DNA of 64,000 bases from Orbicella franksi (taxonomy: Eukaryota), in contig OZ116698.1 of assembly GCA_964199315.1 (NCBI GenBank), forward strand, positions 21,576,001 through 21,640,000. Reading direction: 5' to 3'. This document shows positions 36,514 to 46,893 of this stretch, piece after piece. Made by a program: the position numbers and the translations under genes. The notes below the pieces were generated by a model. It did no database searches. It had not been told where the DNA came from and saw only the letters and a list, made by a program, of their open reading frames with translations. Each line of letters opens with the position of its first letter. Within the stretch, counting starts at the first letter, position 1.

Positions 36514-37967
36514 GACGTTAACGGCTTGAACTACAAACACAGAATTCACGAATCTAACTTGAAATCAAAGCGTATTTCACGGCGGTGAACTCAAGCCGCG
36601 CCAGTGACCCTTGATCAAGACATTTTATAGACGATCGATAAGCCGGAATCGCCGCTGCGTGCGCACTTTGTCTGACGGCGATTCCTGTTAAACGGGCTGT
36701 CACTTTTCGAACGCGACGATAAATTTTATCCCTGTGTAATAGCCAAGAGTCACTAGAACCGTTCGGTTCTGCTTCACGCTAAGCTGAGTTCAAGAAATCA
36801 GTGATATGTTCAGGCCCGTGATAAACAGGGCATAGTTTCGTTTTGATGACTTTGTCAAGACACGATTGCTAGAAAGAAAATCTGCATATAGATCGATAAG
36901 ATGCTATCTCGAATTGAACTAATTACGCTGTGTTTTTTGAAAGAGAAACATCTCGGCTCAAAAATCACCTGGCGAGGAATAATCGAGGTTAATTGATTCA
37001 GCGCTGGTGAACACACATTTCAAGCTAATTTGAAAAGCGGCATTGACTCATAAAAAACTCCACAAAATATTGCCTTTGGCGAATTATCGTCCTATAATAA
37101 ACAGCTCTGTTCTATAGCTTTATTAGTCCTCTCTAAAAGACAGCGTCAATCTGATACAAAATAACCTTTTCTCCCAAAGTTGACCTCGACCAGACACAAA
37201 TACAAATAGCAATTTCAAGGATTATATATTCTTCTTTATACCCGATGTCAAGCACTTTTGTAATTAATTTTGTATCCTGGGGCCAACTGGTACCCGGAAA
37301 AGATTTAGGTCGCACCCCATCATGGCCTAGTTCCGAAAGAGACATTGTTTTGCAAACAGACGATTGAAAAGTAAAATATAATTTTTCGCTGGTTGGGTGA
37401 TTCCGAAACATAAATACACCCACATCGCTGTTGTGACGTCATTAGCCTTACTAAAACAGTTCTTTGGGATGTATAAAATTCCCACAAGGTTTAAAAATAC
37501 TTCTGCCGACGAATTTAGAGTCCATTAAGGATTGTCTTGTAATTTATTCACCGGCTGCCTGTCGAGATTTTAAACCCAAACAAAACTCTGATAATGAATG
37601 GGTAATTCAAACAAATTCACTACCACTAGAAACTGTGACCAATTCCGTTACGCGCTTTCACTGACTATAAAGTAAGTTTTATCGATTCTGAGTTGTATAT
37701 ACGAAAAAAATACCGCAACTACCTGATAATAACAGACATTTATTTGAAAAGCCTGGGAAAGTTAAGATTGCCAGAGAACGGAGAAGATTGGGTTAACGAT
37801 GAAATTCAGTGATAATTTGTTGATAAAACGGTGTGAGACAGAACTCTCGTCAGCACAATGAAAGGTAAGGCTCGTAAAAAAGGAACACAGACTACAAAAT
37901 GATTAGGAAAGTTAGAAATCGTGTTATAATGAAAAGTCGTAACATTCTGTGGAAGAACTGAAAGGTG

Positions 37968-38088
37968 AGGGGCGCGCTTGTTCGAGGGGAGGCGCTTATT
38001 TCAAATTTTGACCGATAGGAGGGGCGCTTATTCGAAGGGGGCGCTTATTCGAGGAGGGGTGGGAGGCACTAATTCGAGGATTTACGGT
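37968..38088. mobile_element. End of a TIR element with ggcgcttattcga subterminal repeats
   Basis: Repeated gcgcttattcga motifs ending in attcgaggatttacggta. Confidence 0.55.
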
Positions 38089-38535
38089 AAACGTGCTTCA
38101 ACTTTGCGTTGAATGTGTTAATTCAGTGGATCGGAATGTTCAATTTTTGTCTATCCGTTGATCCTTTGAGTTACTTTAAAAACACTGTGTATCACTAGTT
38201 GAAAGCAAAAATATTTTCATGAGGCCATAAGCTGTGTTTTGTGTACGAGAATAGGATTTCTGGTAAGAGAAGGGAGTGGCTTGGCCCTATCTTTACCAGC
38301 GACCTTAAAATACTGAAATCGAATACCATATACGGTAGTTACAAACTTTACTATAAATTAAGAACACTTCAGATCCAGAACAAATGTTCGTGTAAGGGAA
38401 TAGCACCGGAATTAAAATAGGTTTAGAATTATTTCGGCTAGTATTTTAATTACTTTCGATAACTGACCAAAATGTACACGGCTTATCAAATCCTGAGAAA
38501 CATGTTCACGTCCGCACTCATTAAAAATATTGTAA

Positions 38536-38566
<31 letters not shown>

Positions 38567-38606
38567 CTTCTTCTTCTTCTTCTTCTTCTTCTTCTTCTTC
38601 TTCTTC
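38536..38606. repeat. Compound (GTT)n(CTT)n microsatellite
   Basis: Direct reading. Confidence 0.95.
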
Positions 38607-39384
38607 AACATGAAGATGGCTTGTTTAATTTGAGCTTTTGATAATTAGAAGTACCATCATCCTACTGCTGGAAGCTAGTTGTTTTGAGAAATAGTAATGA
38701 ACGATTTAATAATTTCGTCGGCTTATCGGCTCGCTTAAATGAATACTGTCTTGAATTGAGGTTTTTAAAACAAGATTCTTTCGTTGTCAGCTTCGAGCTT
38801 ACAGAGTTGGTCAGTCGAGGTTAACCTCAAAGAATAGTTTTTTAAATAAAAATCTTTCTTTCCGACACTAGGGTGTTGCCTTTAATTTATTGAACGTCTC
38901 CTTTATTTGCATATTTTCTTTTCGACGAAAGTGCTATAAATTCTAAACAGAACGTAAAGTTTGTCTTGTGATCAGCACCTTAGTTTTCCTTACAACATGA
39001 CTGCATTACGGTAACCAAGTAAACATCTGATTGTTGCCAAGATATTATCTCTTGTTGCTGCATGATTTATCGCCAAATTCTCATATCTTACATGAAAAGG
39101 AATGTATGTAACTCAGTTTGAAGAATTAATATTATGAACTTGAAACTGAAGTGATCGACAAAGAGATGTGAAGGGCCTGAACAGTCCTTATTCCGACCCA
39201 CGCCCGAGCCCTTTCGCCTCGTGCGTAAACTAAAACAAATTTAATAGTACCATCCATGTTGGGCCATAATTATGTTTAAAGGAAATGCTTTAGAAGAAAT
39301 CTTCATTTGGATAGTTTTTTTTTTTCAGCGCTATACTGCATCGTGGGACAAGCGTAGCCGAAGACGAAAAGGCACACTGCACCC

Positions 39385-40272
39385 TTAAATTTTAGTCTGA
39401 GTCCAAGGCTTTTGAGCATGGATAATCTTACGTTGAAGCTCCAGTTTTAAATTCTGTCGTAATTCATCTTCTTTTCTTTTATAGCTGAGTTCCAACGCGT
39501 TTTTCTCTCCCTCAAATATTTTAGCCAGTTCATCTTTCTGGATTCTCAAGCTGTCCAGCCCTTCCTTGAGTCCGTCTATGCTGTGAAGCAGGTACGCTCG
39601 CTCGTATGCGTATCTTGCTTGACATTCTTCTTCTACTAGTTTCCTTACAGCCAGTTTTTCCCTTTCAAACCTCTGCGTCATCTCAGCTTTTTCTCTTTCA
39701 AACGACCTTAGCAGAACCTCTTCTTGTTTGCGCAGCACGGTCAAAAGTTCTCCACAGTCGAGGTTAGTGTTGTCATGACAGCCGTTCTTCCCTTCCACTG
39801 TGCCATTTCCGGTAATTCTTGGTTTGGTGCCCAGTTCCTTCTCATATCCGCACTGACTTAGATGTTGAAGTGCATCTCGGTGAACATGCCTAGTGAACAG
39901 ATCGAATGATTTTCTCAAATCGCGAAGTTCGCTCCAAAAGAAATCCTTTTCTTCTGTGAGAACCCGAATAAGCTCGTCTTTGGCTTTGATGATCTCGTTA
40001 TACTCATTTCTCAGCTTAATTTCAAGGTTGCTTTTTTCTTCAATAAACTCCTTCTCCATTTCGTCTCGCTCTAGTTGCATCTCATCTTCAAACTGTTCTA
40101 GGTGTTGATGCAAAATATCATCGAAATCGGTTTGACACGAAATGTCCTTTGTGGTTTCGACTTTTTCGGTATTTTCAGCTTTTGTATCTTTGACTTCATC
40201 ATGATTTTCAAAATCTTCACCTCGAGTGGAATCTTTTTTGCTGGATTCACAATTACTTCCTTCGCTCTCCAT
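39385..40272 (-). CDS. Intronless coiled-coil ORF (295 aa), homologous to the ninein giant exon
   Basis: ATG-to-TAA open frame; the block FEREKLAVRK...LRIQKDELA aligns without gaps to ninein YVQEKIALRS...LKEQKRELE. Confidence 0.8.
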   Translation of the reverse strand: MESEGSNCESSKKDSTRGEDFENHDEVKDTKAENTEKVETTKDISCQTDFDDILHQHLEQFEDEMQLERDEMEKEFIEEKSNLEIKLRNEYNEIIKAKDELIRVLTEEKDFFWSELRDLRKSFDLFTRHVHRDALQHLSQCGYEKELGTKPRITGNGTVEGKNGCHDNTNLDCGELLTVLRKQEEVLLRSFEREKAEMTQRFEREKLAVRKLVEEECQARYAYERAYLLHSIDGLKEGLDSLRIQKDELAKIFEGEKNALELSYKRKEDELRQNLKLELQRKIIHAQKPWTQTKI

Positions 40273-42487
40273 AGGGTTTTTCCGACTCTTCTTCGCTGTT
40301 ACAACTGCGAGGAAGATTTAAAGTTGCATAAAACAAAACCTTCCCAAGATTGAAGTACTTTCGAGGACCAGGATCGTCCACCAGCTTTCCTTGCGGAGAA
40401 GATGAAGATTTCTATCGGAATTCACAGCAAATTTCTCTCTAATTATATTGTGCCAATAATTGCAAACGGCAGGTGATACACTCCTTTGTTTACAGACGAG
40501 ATTCGAAGCTCTTCGTAGCCTTTTGTGTGAAACTGAAAATACCTGTATAATTGAAAAGGCAATTTGCCTAACGACATAGCTACGCTTGGCAACCCCCGAA
40601 GCTTCAATAAAATCCCTGCAATAAAATTTTCATGAAGTTAAGTTTGCCAAACCGCACTCCTTCTTTCTTATTCTTTGTTCAGAAACGTTGTTTATAGTCA
40701 TCCTGTGGATCAGACGCTGCTCTTAAACGTTTAGCTGTTAACTTGACGATAATATACACGACATGTTGTGACCCACACAGGTAATAAAACAGACTCTTTC
40801 GCGCCAATTGTCTCAGTGAATTACAAAACAAAGCGAGTATTTGTGTATAGTAAATTGGGCCAGTGGCCAATTTTAATTATTTTCGTCTGAAATACTCCGA
40901 ATAAATGAATAATCAAGCACTCTTGTGGTTTTTACTTTTTTGCACCACCCGTTTATTGTCTCATAGAATTGCAAAGTATACGCTTAAGGTGTCACTTTAT
41001 AGCGAATTAATGACTTGAGAACTATTCTTCGCCAGATTACTCAGACACTTTGCAGCGCTTATGGTGCCGCGACGTTCATTAAGCTTCCTTGGTCGATTAT
41101 GTGAGCGTTGGAGGGCATTAGAAGAAATTATTAATAATAGAAACACCCGAAGCGCTTATTTTACATATAAACGAAGATGCTCGAAGAATACTAAGCCGCA
41201 AACAGTTTGTGATATAAGGGATGATAATAAGTTTAAGTTGTTCACGAGTCACCAAGAGTCATATTGGAAAGATGTTTCCAATAAAGCTTAAATAAAAGCA
41301 AATAGAGATAGTAAGAATGTAATGTATTTTTACTCCTTGTTTGTGATTAAAACAACGATATGGAAATACCAAAGAATACTTCGAACGATTGGCGAAAAGT
41401 TGGTAGCACGTGACATTTTTTGGGCCAGTCAGATCGGCCCTCCATTACAGCTGTCATCATTTGGCTTCGTTGGCCAGCCTACGTGCAACACGTTTGGGCC
41501 TGTTTACAGCCTTGTGGAGCCCACACGAATTAACCGACTGAAATGTTTTATGTTACAGCTGGAATAAATTCCAAAGGTTAAGAGAAGAAAATACAAAAAC
41601 CAAATCAAACAAAACCCAACTAAACCAAACCGACAAACTTCGCGACTCTTAATGCTAAAATTGTAGACAATTTTGAAATGTTTTCCAACTGAAACTTACT
41701 TTTAAGGCCAATGAAGGCGATATTGTTAAGGTGAAAACTTTGTCTACCATTAGCCGGAAAAGGCTTGGTAGGAGTACAAGGCTTTCTTCCGTCCATCGGA
41801 AAATATCAAGCCAGAGCTGACGGCCCTTAACTCATTTCTGGATGATTCCAGTTAATTCTGGCCAAAGCTCACATGGCCAAAACTTACAGTAAGAATTTAA
41901 CGAATTTTTCGTTTTTGGTTGTTGACGGAGTCCTAATTAGGCAGAGAAATGACAAATGTACGAAGTTGATTATTTCTTTTAATAAACAGGCCTTCACACA
42001 AGAGTTTCTCATAAAGCCTAACTTTTTAAAACCACAACGCTCGATCTCGGTTGCTATGTCAAGTATTTTAAATCTTCTTTCCTGCCCGGAAAAATGTTCC
42101 CAAACAACAGAAAAATTCCACTAAACGCACGAGGAGGTGAGATTCAGGTACCTGGACATCTCAGCAAAAACGTCCTTGGTATTTGAAACCTGAATTATAT
42201 CTGGAAAATTAAGAATTAGTTCACTGTGGGATGAAAATTGATGAAAAGATCCCACAAAAATCAATAAGAAACAAACGTTGATCATAGTCTACGAACAAAA
42301 TGTTAATCATAACTTAATCTTTCAAAATTAGAGCTCAATTCGCTATTTCTACCCTTTAAGAGTTAACCAATTGGTATAATAACCTGCTATTTACTTATGT
42401 CTCTGAGCAACAAAGCGTCCTCATCATTTGGTTTGGAATACTAAATATCTCACACTCTGTTTAGTATTCAAAATTATGTTAAATGTT

Positions 42488-42615
42488 CAATTCCCTCTGT
42501 GAGATGCGCCTGCAAGGAATCATGGTAGTTGTATTTATCATCTTAGACTGAATATTTTGTTTTGATGAATCCAGCTACCATGATTCCCCGCAGGCGCGTC
42601 TCACTGAGGGGATTG
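42488..42615. repeat. Hairpin with 44-bp arms and a 40-nt loop
   Basis: 42488-42531 pairs with 42572-42615 with 6 non-Watson-Crick positions. Confidence 0.8.
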
Positions 42616-42822
42616 GCCATTTGAATGGTAAATTGTATTTTAAAAACTTTAAATGTTGATTATTGAAGACAAAAAATGCAAATGAAATAAAAGCAACGAG
42701 GAACATACCACAGTAGCAGTAATTCAGAGTCATTTAACGAAAATTTTCAACCTGACATAAGTCAAAAGAAGATATTTGACCGGTAGAATTGTATTCACAT
42801 GTCATTCACTGAATGGTGTTCA

Positions 42823-43473
42823 TTAATACGAAGCACTGATTCGCTCAAAGTCTTTGCGTTCAAACCTTGAACACTTACTGCAGGGATACTCCTGGAACTC
42901 AAATGAAAACTGATCGCCTTTGGAGCCTCGGCTAAACTTCTCACCATCGTGCATCTCTTTGAATTCTTTGGTCGTGTACCTGTTTTCGGCATTCGTGTGG
43001 AAATTGTCGTATCGATTATCGTAGCCTCTGTCATATTTGCTCTCATACTTGGAGCCCAGGTATCTTGATGACGCTTTAAATGACGTTCCATCTAACTTCT
43101 CGTTCTCCTGTGCATTCTCATATTTGCTTCTGTGTTTGGTGTCAAGGTATTTTGATGATCCGTTATATGATGTACCATCCGGCGCCTCGCTATCGTGACA
43201 GTAGCTGCTGTCATATTTGCTTAGACGTTTGAATTCCTGATCATATCTTGGTGATGCCTTATATGACGTACTGCCCGGCCCCTCGTCTTTAGTCAGATCT
43301 CCAATGAGGTTCTGAAGAGCAGACTTCTGGTGTCGCAGTTGCTCGTTCTGTAGATGCGACGTTTTCTGTCCTTCTTCCAAGGCTTGAAGACTCTTCTTTA
43401 AATTGTTATTCCTTGTGTGCAATTCCTGAACCATTTCCTCTGACATGCCAGTCATACTTTTTACATCCTGCAT
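42823..43473 (-). CDS. Ninein-paralog module: terminal exon (ninein C-terminal motif plus a novel Tyr/Ser/Lys/Asp-rich tail)
   Basis: Acceptor ttttaacattcag|atg, phase 0; MVQELHTRNNNLKKSLQALEEGQK...LRHQKSALQNLIGDL parallels the ninein C-terminus at 54897-55100. Confidence 0.8.
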   Translation of the reverse strand: MQDVKSMTGMSEEMVQELHTRNNNLKKSLQALEEGQKTSHLQNEQLRHQKSALQNLIGDLTKDEGPGSTSYKASPRYDQEFKRLSKYDSSYCHDSEAPDGTSYNGSSKYLDTKHRSKYENAQENEKLDGTSFKASSRYLGSKYESKYDRGYDNRYDNFHTNAENRYTTKEFKEMHDGEKFSRGSKGDQFSFEFQEYPCSKCSRFERKDFERISASY

Positions 43474-43703
43474 CTGAATGTTAAAATAGGGACATTACTA
43501 TCTAAACATTTTTCGTTTAACAGCTAGCTCACCACTCTCTTGACAGATGACTTTTCAGTATTTACTCGTCACAGTCGAACCTCCTGTTAGTTGACCGCTC
43601 ATGGAAAGTTAAAAATGAAATGTTTAACTTCCTAGTGACCGCTTAGGATAGATATTCCCCATTCTGAGGAAATCGCTTCGAAGTAGGGGCTTGACTGTAC
43701 TAA

Positions 43704-43925
43704 GAGGGTCTGTAGGGTATTCCCAGGATCCGGGATTTAACCAAAATACGGTGCGGGAATCGGGAAAACGCTAAATATCTTGACTGGACCCGGGCTTTGA
43801 CTGCTCCCCGGGAAGCGGGATTTGTCAGAAATTTGGGCGCGGGATGCAGGAGAGATTTTGCTTGTCTGTCGGGAATTTAGGAACTCGTCGCGACCCAAAT
43901 AAACGTTCTAGCGGCCAAAGCAAAT
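43704..43925. repeat. Interspersed repeat (gcgggat/ccgggat subrepeats) in an intron
   Basis: GC-rich island with repeated cggga motifs and no coding role. Confidence 0.45.
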
Positions 43926-44058
43926 CAACCAAATAAATAGGAACTGGATATTGTTCATTCCAAGTAAAAGGCTTAATACATTCCGTAGACTTAGAACGGT
44001 AAAACGGAAAGTTTACTGTCAGAGAGATAGCCACAACGCAAGTACAGCATGTACCGAC

Positions 44059-44403
44059 CTTATCATTCAAACGGGTGACGTATTCATTCATAGCCTCACG
44101 TGCGAGTTTTAGCTTGGTCTCCAATTCTTTCTTTTCCACCTCTAGGTGGGCAATTCGTACTGCATCTTCAGACATTGACCTGTGGGGCATATCTCCTTTG
44201 CTACTTCCTTCTCCAAATTGCGTCTTGATAATCTGACCAATGGTAACAATTTCGGTTTCGATTCTCCCCAGTGCATCAGAGTCCAGTTCTCCACGAGAAC
44301 CTGACAGCTCACGGCCTGTATGCATGAGTCTTTGTTGTAAACCCTGGATGTTGTGAAGACTGTTGGAATTGCGAGTGGATATTTCTGTCTCGAAAGAGGT
44401 AGC
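44059..44403 (-). CDS. Ninein-paralog module: internal exon (115 codons)
   Basis: ttcttgcttcaattctag|gct ... gataag|gtcggt; RIAHLEVEKKELETKLKLAREAMNEYVTRLNDK is homologous to exon 55437-55595. Confidence 0.8.
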
Positions 44404-45153
44404 CTAGAATTGAAGCAAGAATTTAGCACATTTTTTTCCTAACACTTGCCGAATTGGGGTCTTTTACTTCCGACGTCGAACTTAAAGAAGTCAATTGCTC
44501 TGGTGCTACCTTGACGATTTTTCATGAGACCCTTGTGTGTGACTCGTCAGATAAATTAAAAGCTATTGAGCAATATTTCATTTCGCATTGTCGGTTATGT
44601 GGTTCAAACATTAACTTTCTTAGTCACAACCTCTTCTGACCATTTATACAACAGATTTAGGGCAACGCTCTCGCCTGGTCTAGTTTCAATTGCTTTTCAA
44701 AATGAACTTTTAGCTTTTTTATTTCAATTTTGAACTAGGCACTTAGCGGGTTAATGTTGCAAGTTATCACCATTTTTGGGTCTACGCCGAGGACGTTTCG
44801 AGCATTATGCTTAGCCTAAATGGACTATCAGGTGCTGTACCCAGAACAAAGAAACCCTTACCCAAGTGCTGTTACTCTTTTCTACCAACTACTTCGGAAA
44901 ACAGATGCTGTTTCTGGGTGGAAAAAAGGCTGAGACTGCGCCTTCGAAAAAGGAGTTAAAAATCCGGGCGTGTCATCTCATTTGATGCAAGCTGGTGATA
45001 ACAGGCATCGATTTTGCTTGCAACTTCTCGTTAATTCGTGATTAGTTAGATCTTGTTCCTCTGAATATTTTTGCGCTTCTTACATAAACTGAACAACACG
45101 ACGAGAGCGATAGAACAGCCTATACGATGCTAAATATTTTTGTATCGCTTTAC

Positions 45154-45300
45154 CTTTTCCTTCTCGTTCTTGAGTTTTTCTAGCAGCCGATGCAGCTGGT
45201 TTTGTAATTCTGATGTTCGTTCCTTTAGAGATGCATTCTCAGACACCAGCTGTTTCAGTCGTTCAGTTTCGTCACTTTCCTCGGAGGACTTCTCTGGATG
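45154..45300 (-). CDS. Ninein-paralog module: internal exon (49 codons)
   Basis: tttctctttttccag|cat ... gaaaag|gtaaag; open coiled-coil frame, phase 0/0. Confidence 0.8.
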
Positions 45301-45604
45301 CTGGAAAAAGAGAAAAATGGGTCTACTTGTGAGGAGGCTTTACTCATTAACAGTCTTGAATTTAACGTAAAAGAAATTCATTGTATAGAGAATAATGGAA
45401 GAAAGTACCACAAAGCCTGCGAAGTAATGTGGTAGTTACGAGTTTTTTTTACCAACGATGTCCAAAATTGAAGGAATAGATTTGAGAAACTAAAAGAATC
45501 CTGGAGTCCTTCTGTTTAAATTGGCGATTGAAAAGTTATTCTTTGTAAGGACACTCATCCCCTTAAAAACCATTTAACCACAATTGGGCCAAATGTGTGT
45601 TTAC

Positions 45605-45721
45605 CGAGGTGCGTTGCAGTATCTCAGCTTGCTTTTCCTCAAGAGCTTTTATCTTCATTTGAAGTTCTTTAGTGACCTGGAGCAGCTTGTTCTTTTCTTG
45701 CGACACCGCTTCGTATTTTGC
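45605..45721 (-). CDS. Ninein-paralog module: internal exon (39 codons)
   Basis: ttctttcttgttgcag|gca ... acctcg|gtaaac; AKYEAVSQEKNKLLQVTKELQMKIKALEEK. Confidence 0.8.
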
Positions 45722-46390
45722 CTGCAACAAGAAAGAAAATTATACCTCACTAATAGGACTCTTATTCCGCCTACGCGCCACTGAGCTGAAAGAGGAATAC
45801 CAAAACAAAGCAAATGACAATGGTGGAAATTTCAAAGAAGAGAGGTGTAAAATGAGTCAACCCTTTCAATTTTAAGGACAAGAGCGCTTAAGTGCAACAA
45901 GGCACAACAGTTAGAATATACTAGTTACGTAATTTCAAAGATTTCATATGGTACAGAGCAGTTCATCTTTCTCTCTAGTGACTTAAAATTGGCAGTCTCA
46001 TTGATTTGAGATTTTTCTTCACATCATTTGAACTGCCTTACGCTACCGAGTGGCTGAAACACACTCACCTTGTATGAAGGCTCTTGACTGTAATTTCTCG
46101 GAGGAGATTCGTATCGCGACTCATCCTATGGGGCGAACAGAGACAGTTGCGTGAGTCAGTATTTGTCGCAAATTGTACATATGTAAAATACAAAATTATC
46201 GGCTTTTTATACCATTATCAATATAATATTATCGCATAATCATTTGGTGAACGCAAGCTAAACTGAAAGGCTTCCCCTTCTCCGGGTCGCCTTGCTGTTG
46301 AGATCAAACCTCGGGAAATAAATATAAACTTCCCTGAAGGGAAGACTTCGAAGGGAATACAGAAGTTATGGAACGCTCTCAAGTAGTATA

Positions 46391-46696
46391 TATGGGAGGC
46401 GCGGTGGCCTCATGGTTAGTGCGCTCGTCTCCGGATCGAGCGGTCCGGGTTCGAGCCCTGGCCGGGAACATTGTGTTGTGTTCTTGGGCAAGACACTTTA
46501 CTCTCACAGTGCCTCTCTCCACCCAGGTGTATAAATGGGTACCGGCGAACTTAATTCTGGGGGTAACCCTGCGATGGACTAGCATCCCACCCAGGGGGGA
46601 GATGAAATACTCCTAGTCGCTTCATGCTACAGAAACCGGGATAAGCTCCGGCCTGGTGGGCCATTTGGCTCGTATGCAGACTTTACCTACCTTTAC
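46391..46696 (+). mobile_element. Intact tRNA-derived SINE with a 13-bp TSD
   Basis: A box TGGCCTCATGG, B box GGTTCGAGCCC, (CTTTAC)n tail; ctcaagtagtata is duplicated at 46378-46390 and 46697-46709. Confidence 0.9.
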
Positions 46697-46893
46697 CTCA
46701 AGTAGTATACCACATGAGAGCGTTGCATAACTATTTTATACCATGCCTTAAAAAAATACAGTGCCTAACATAATCAATGCGACATACGCGCATTGCACGC
46801 CGAGATGGGAAGTTTGAATTTAATACGGTCGATTTTCTGTATTCTGATTGGCTGTATTTTCTATGGCACGGTATCAACACTAATATTCAATAC

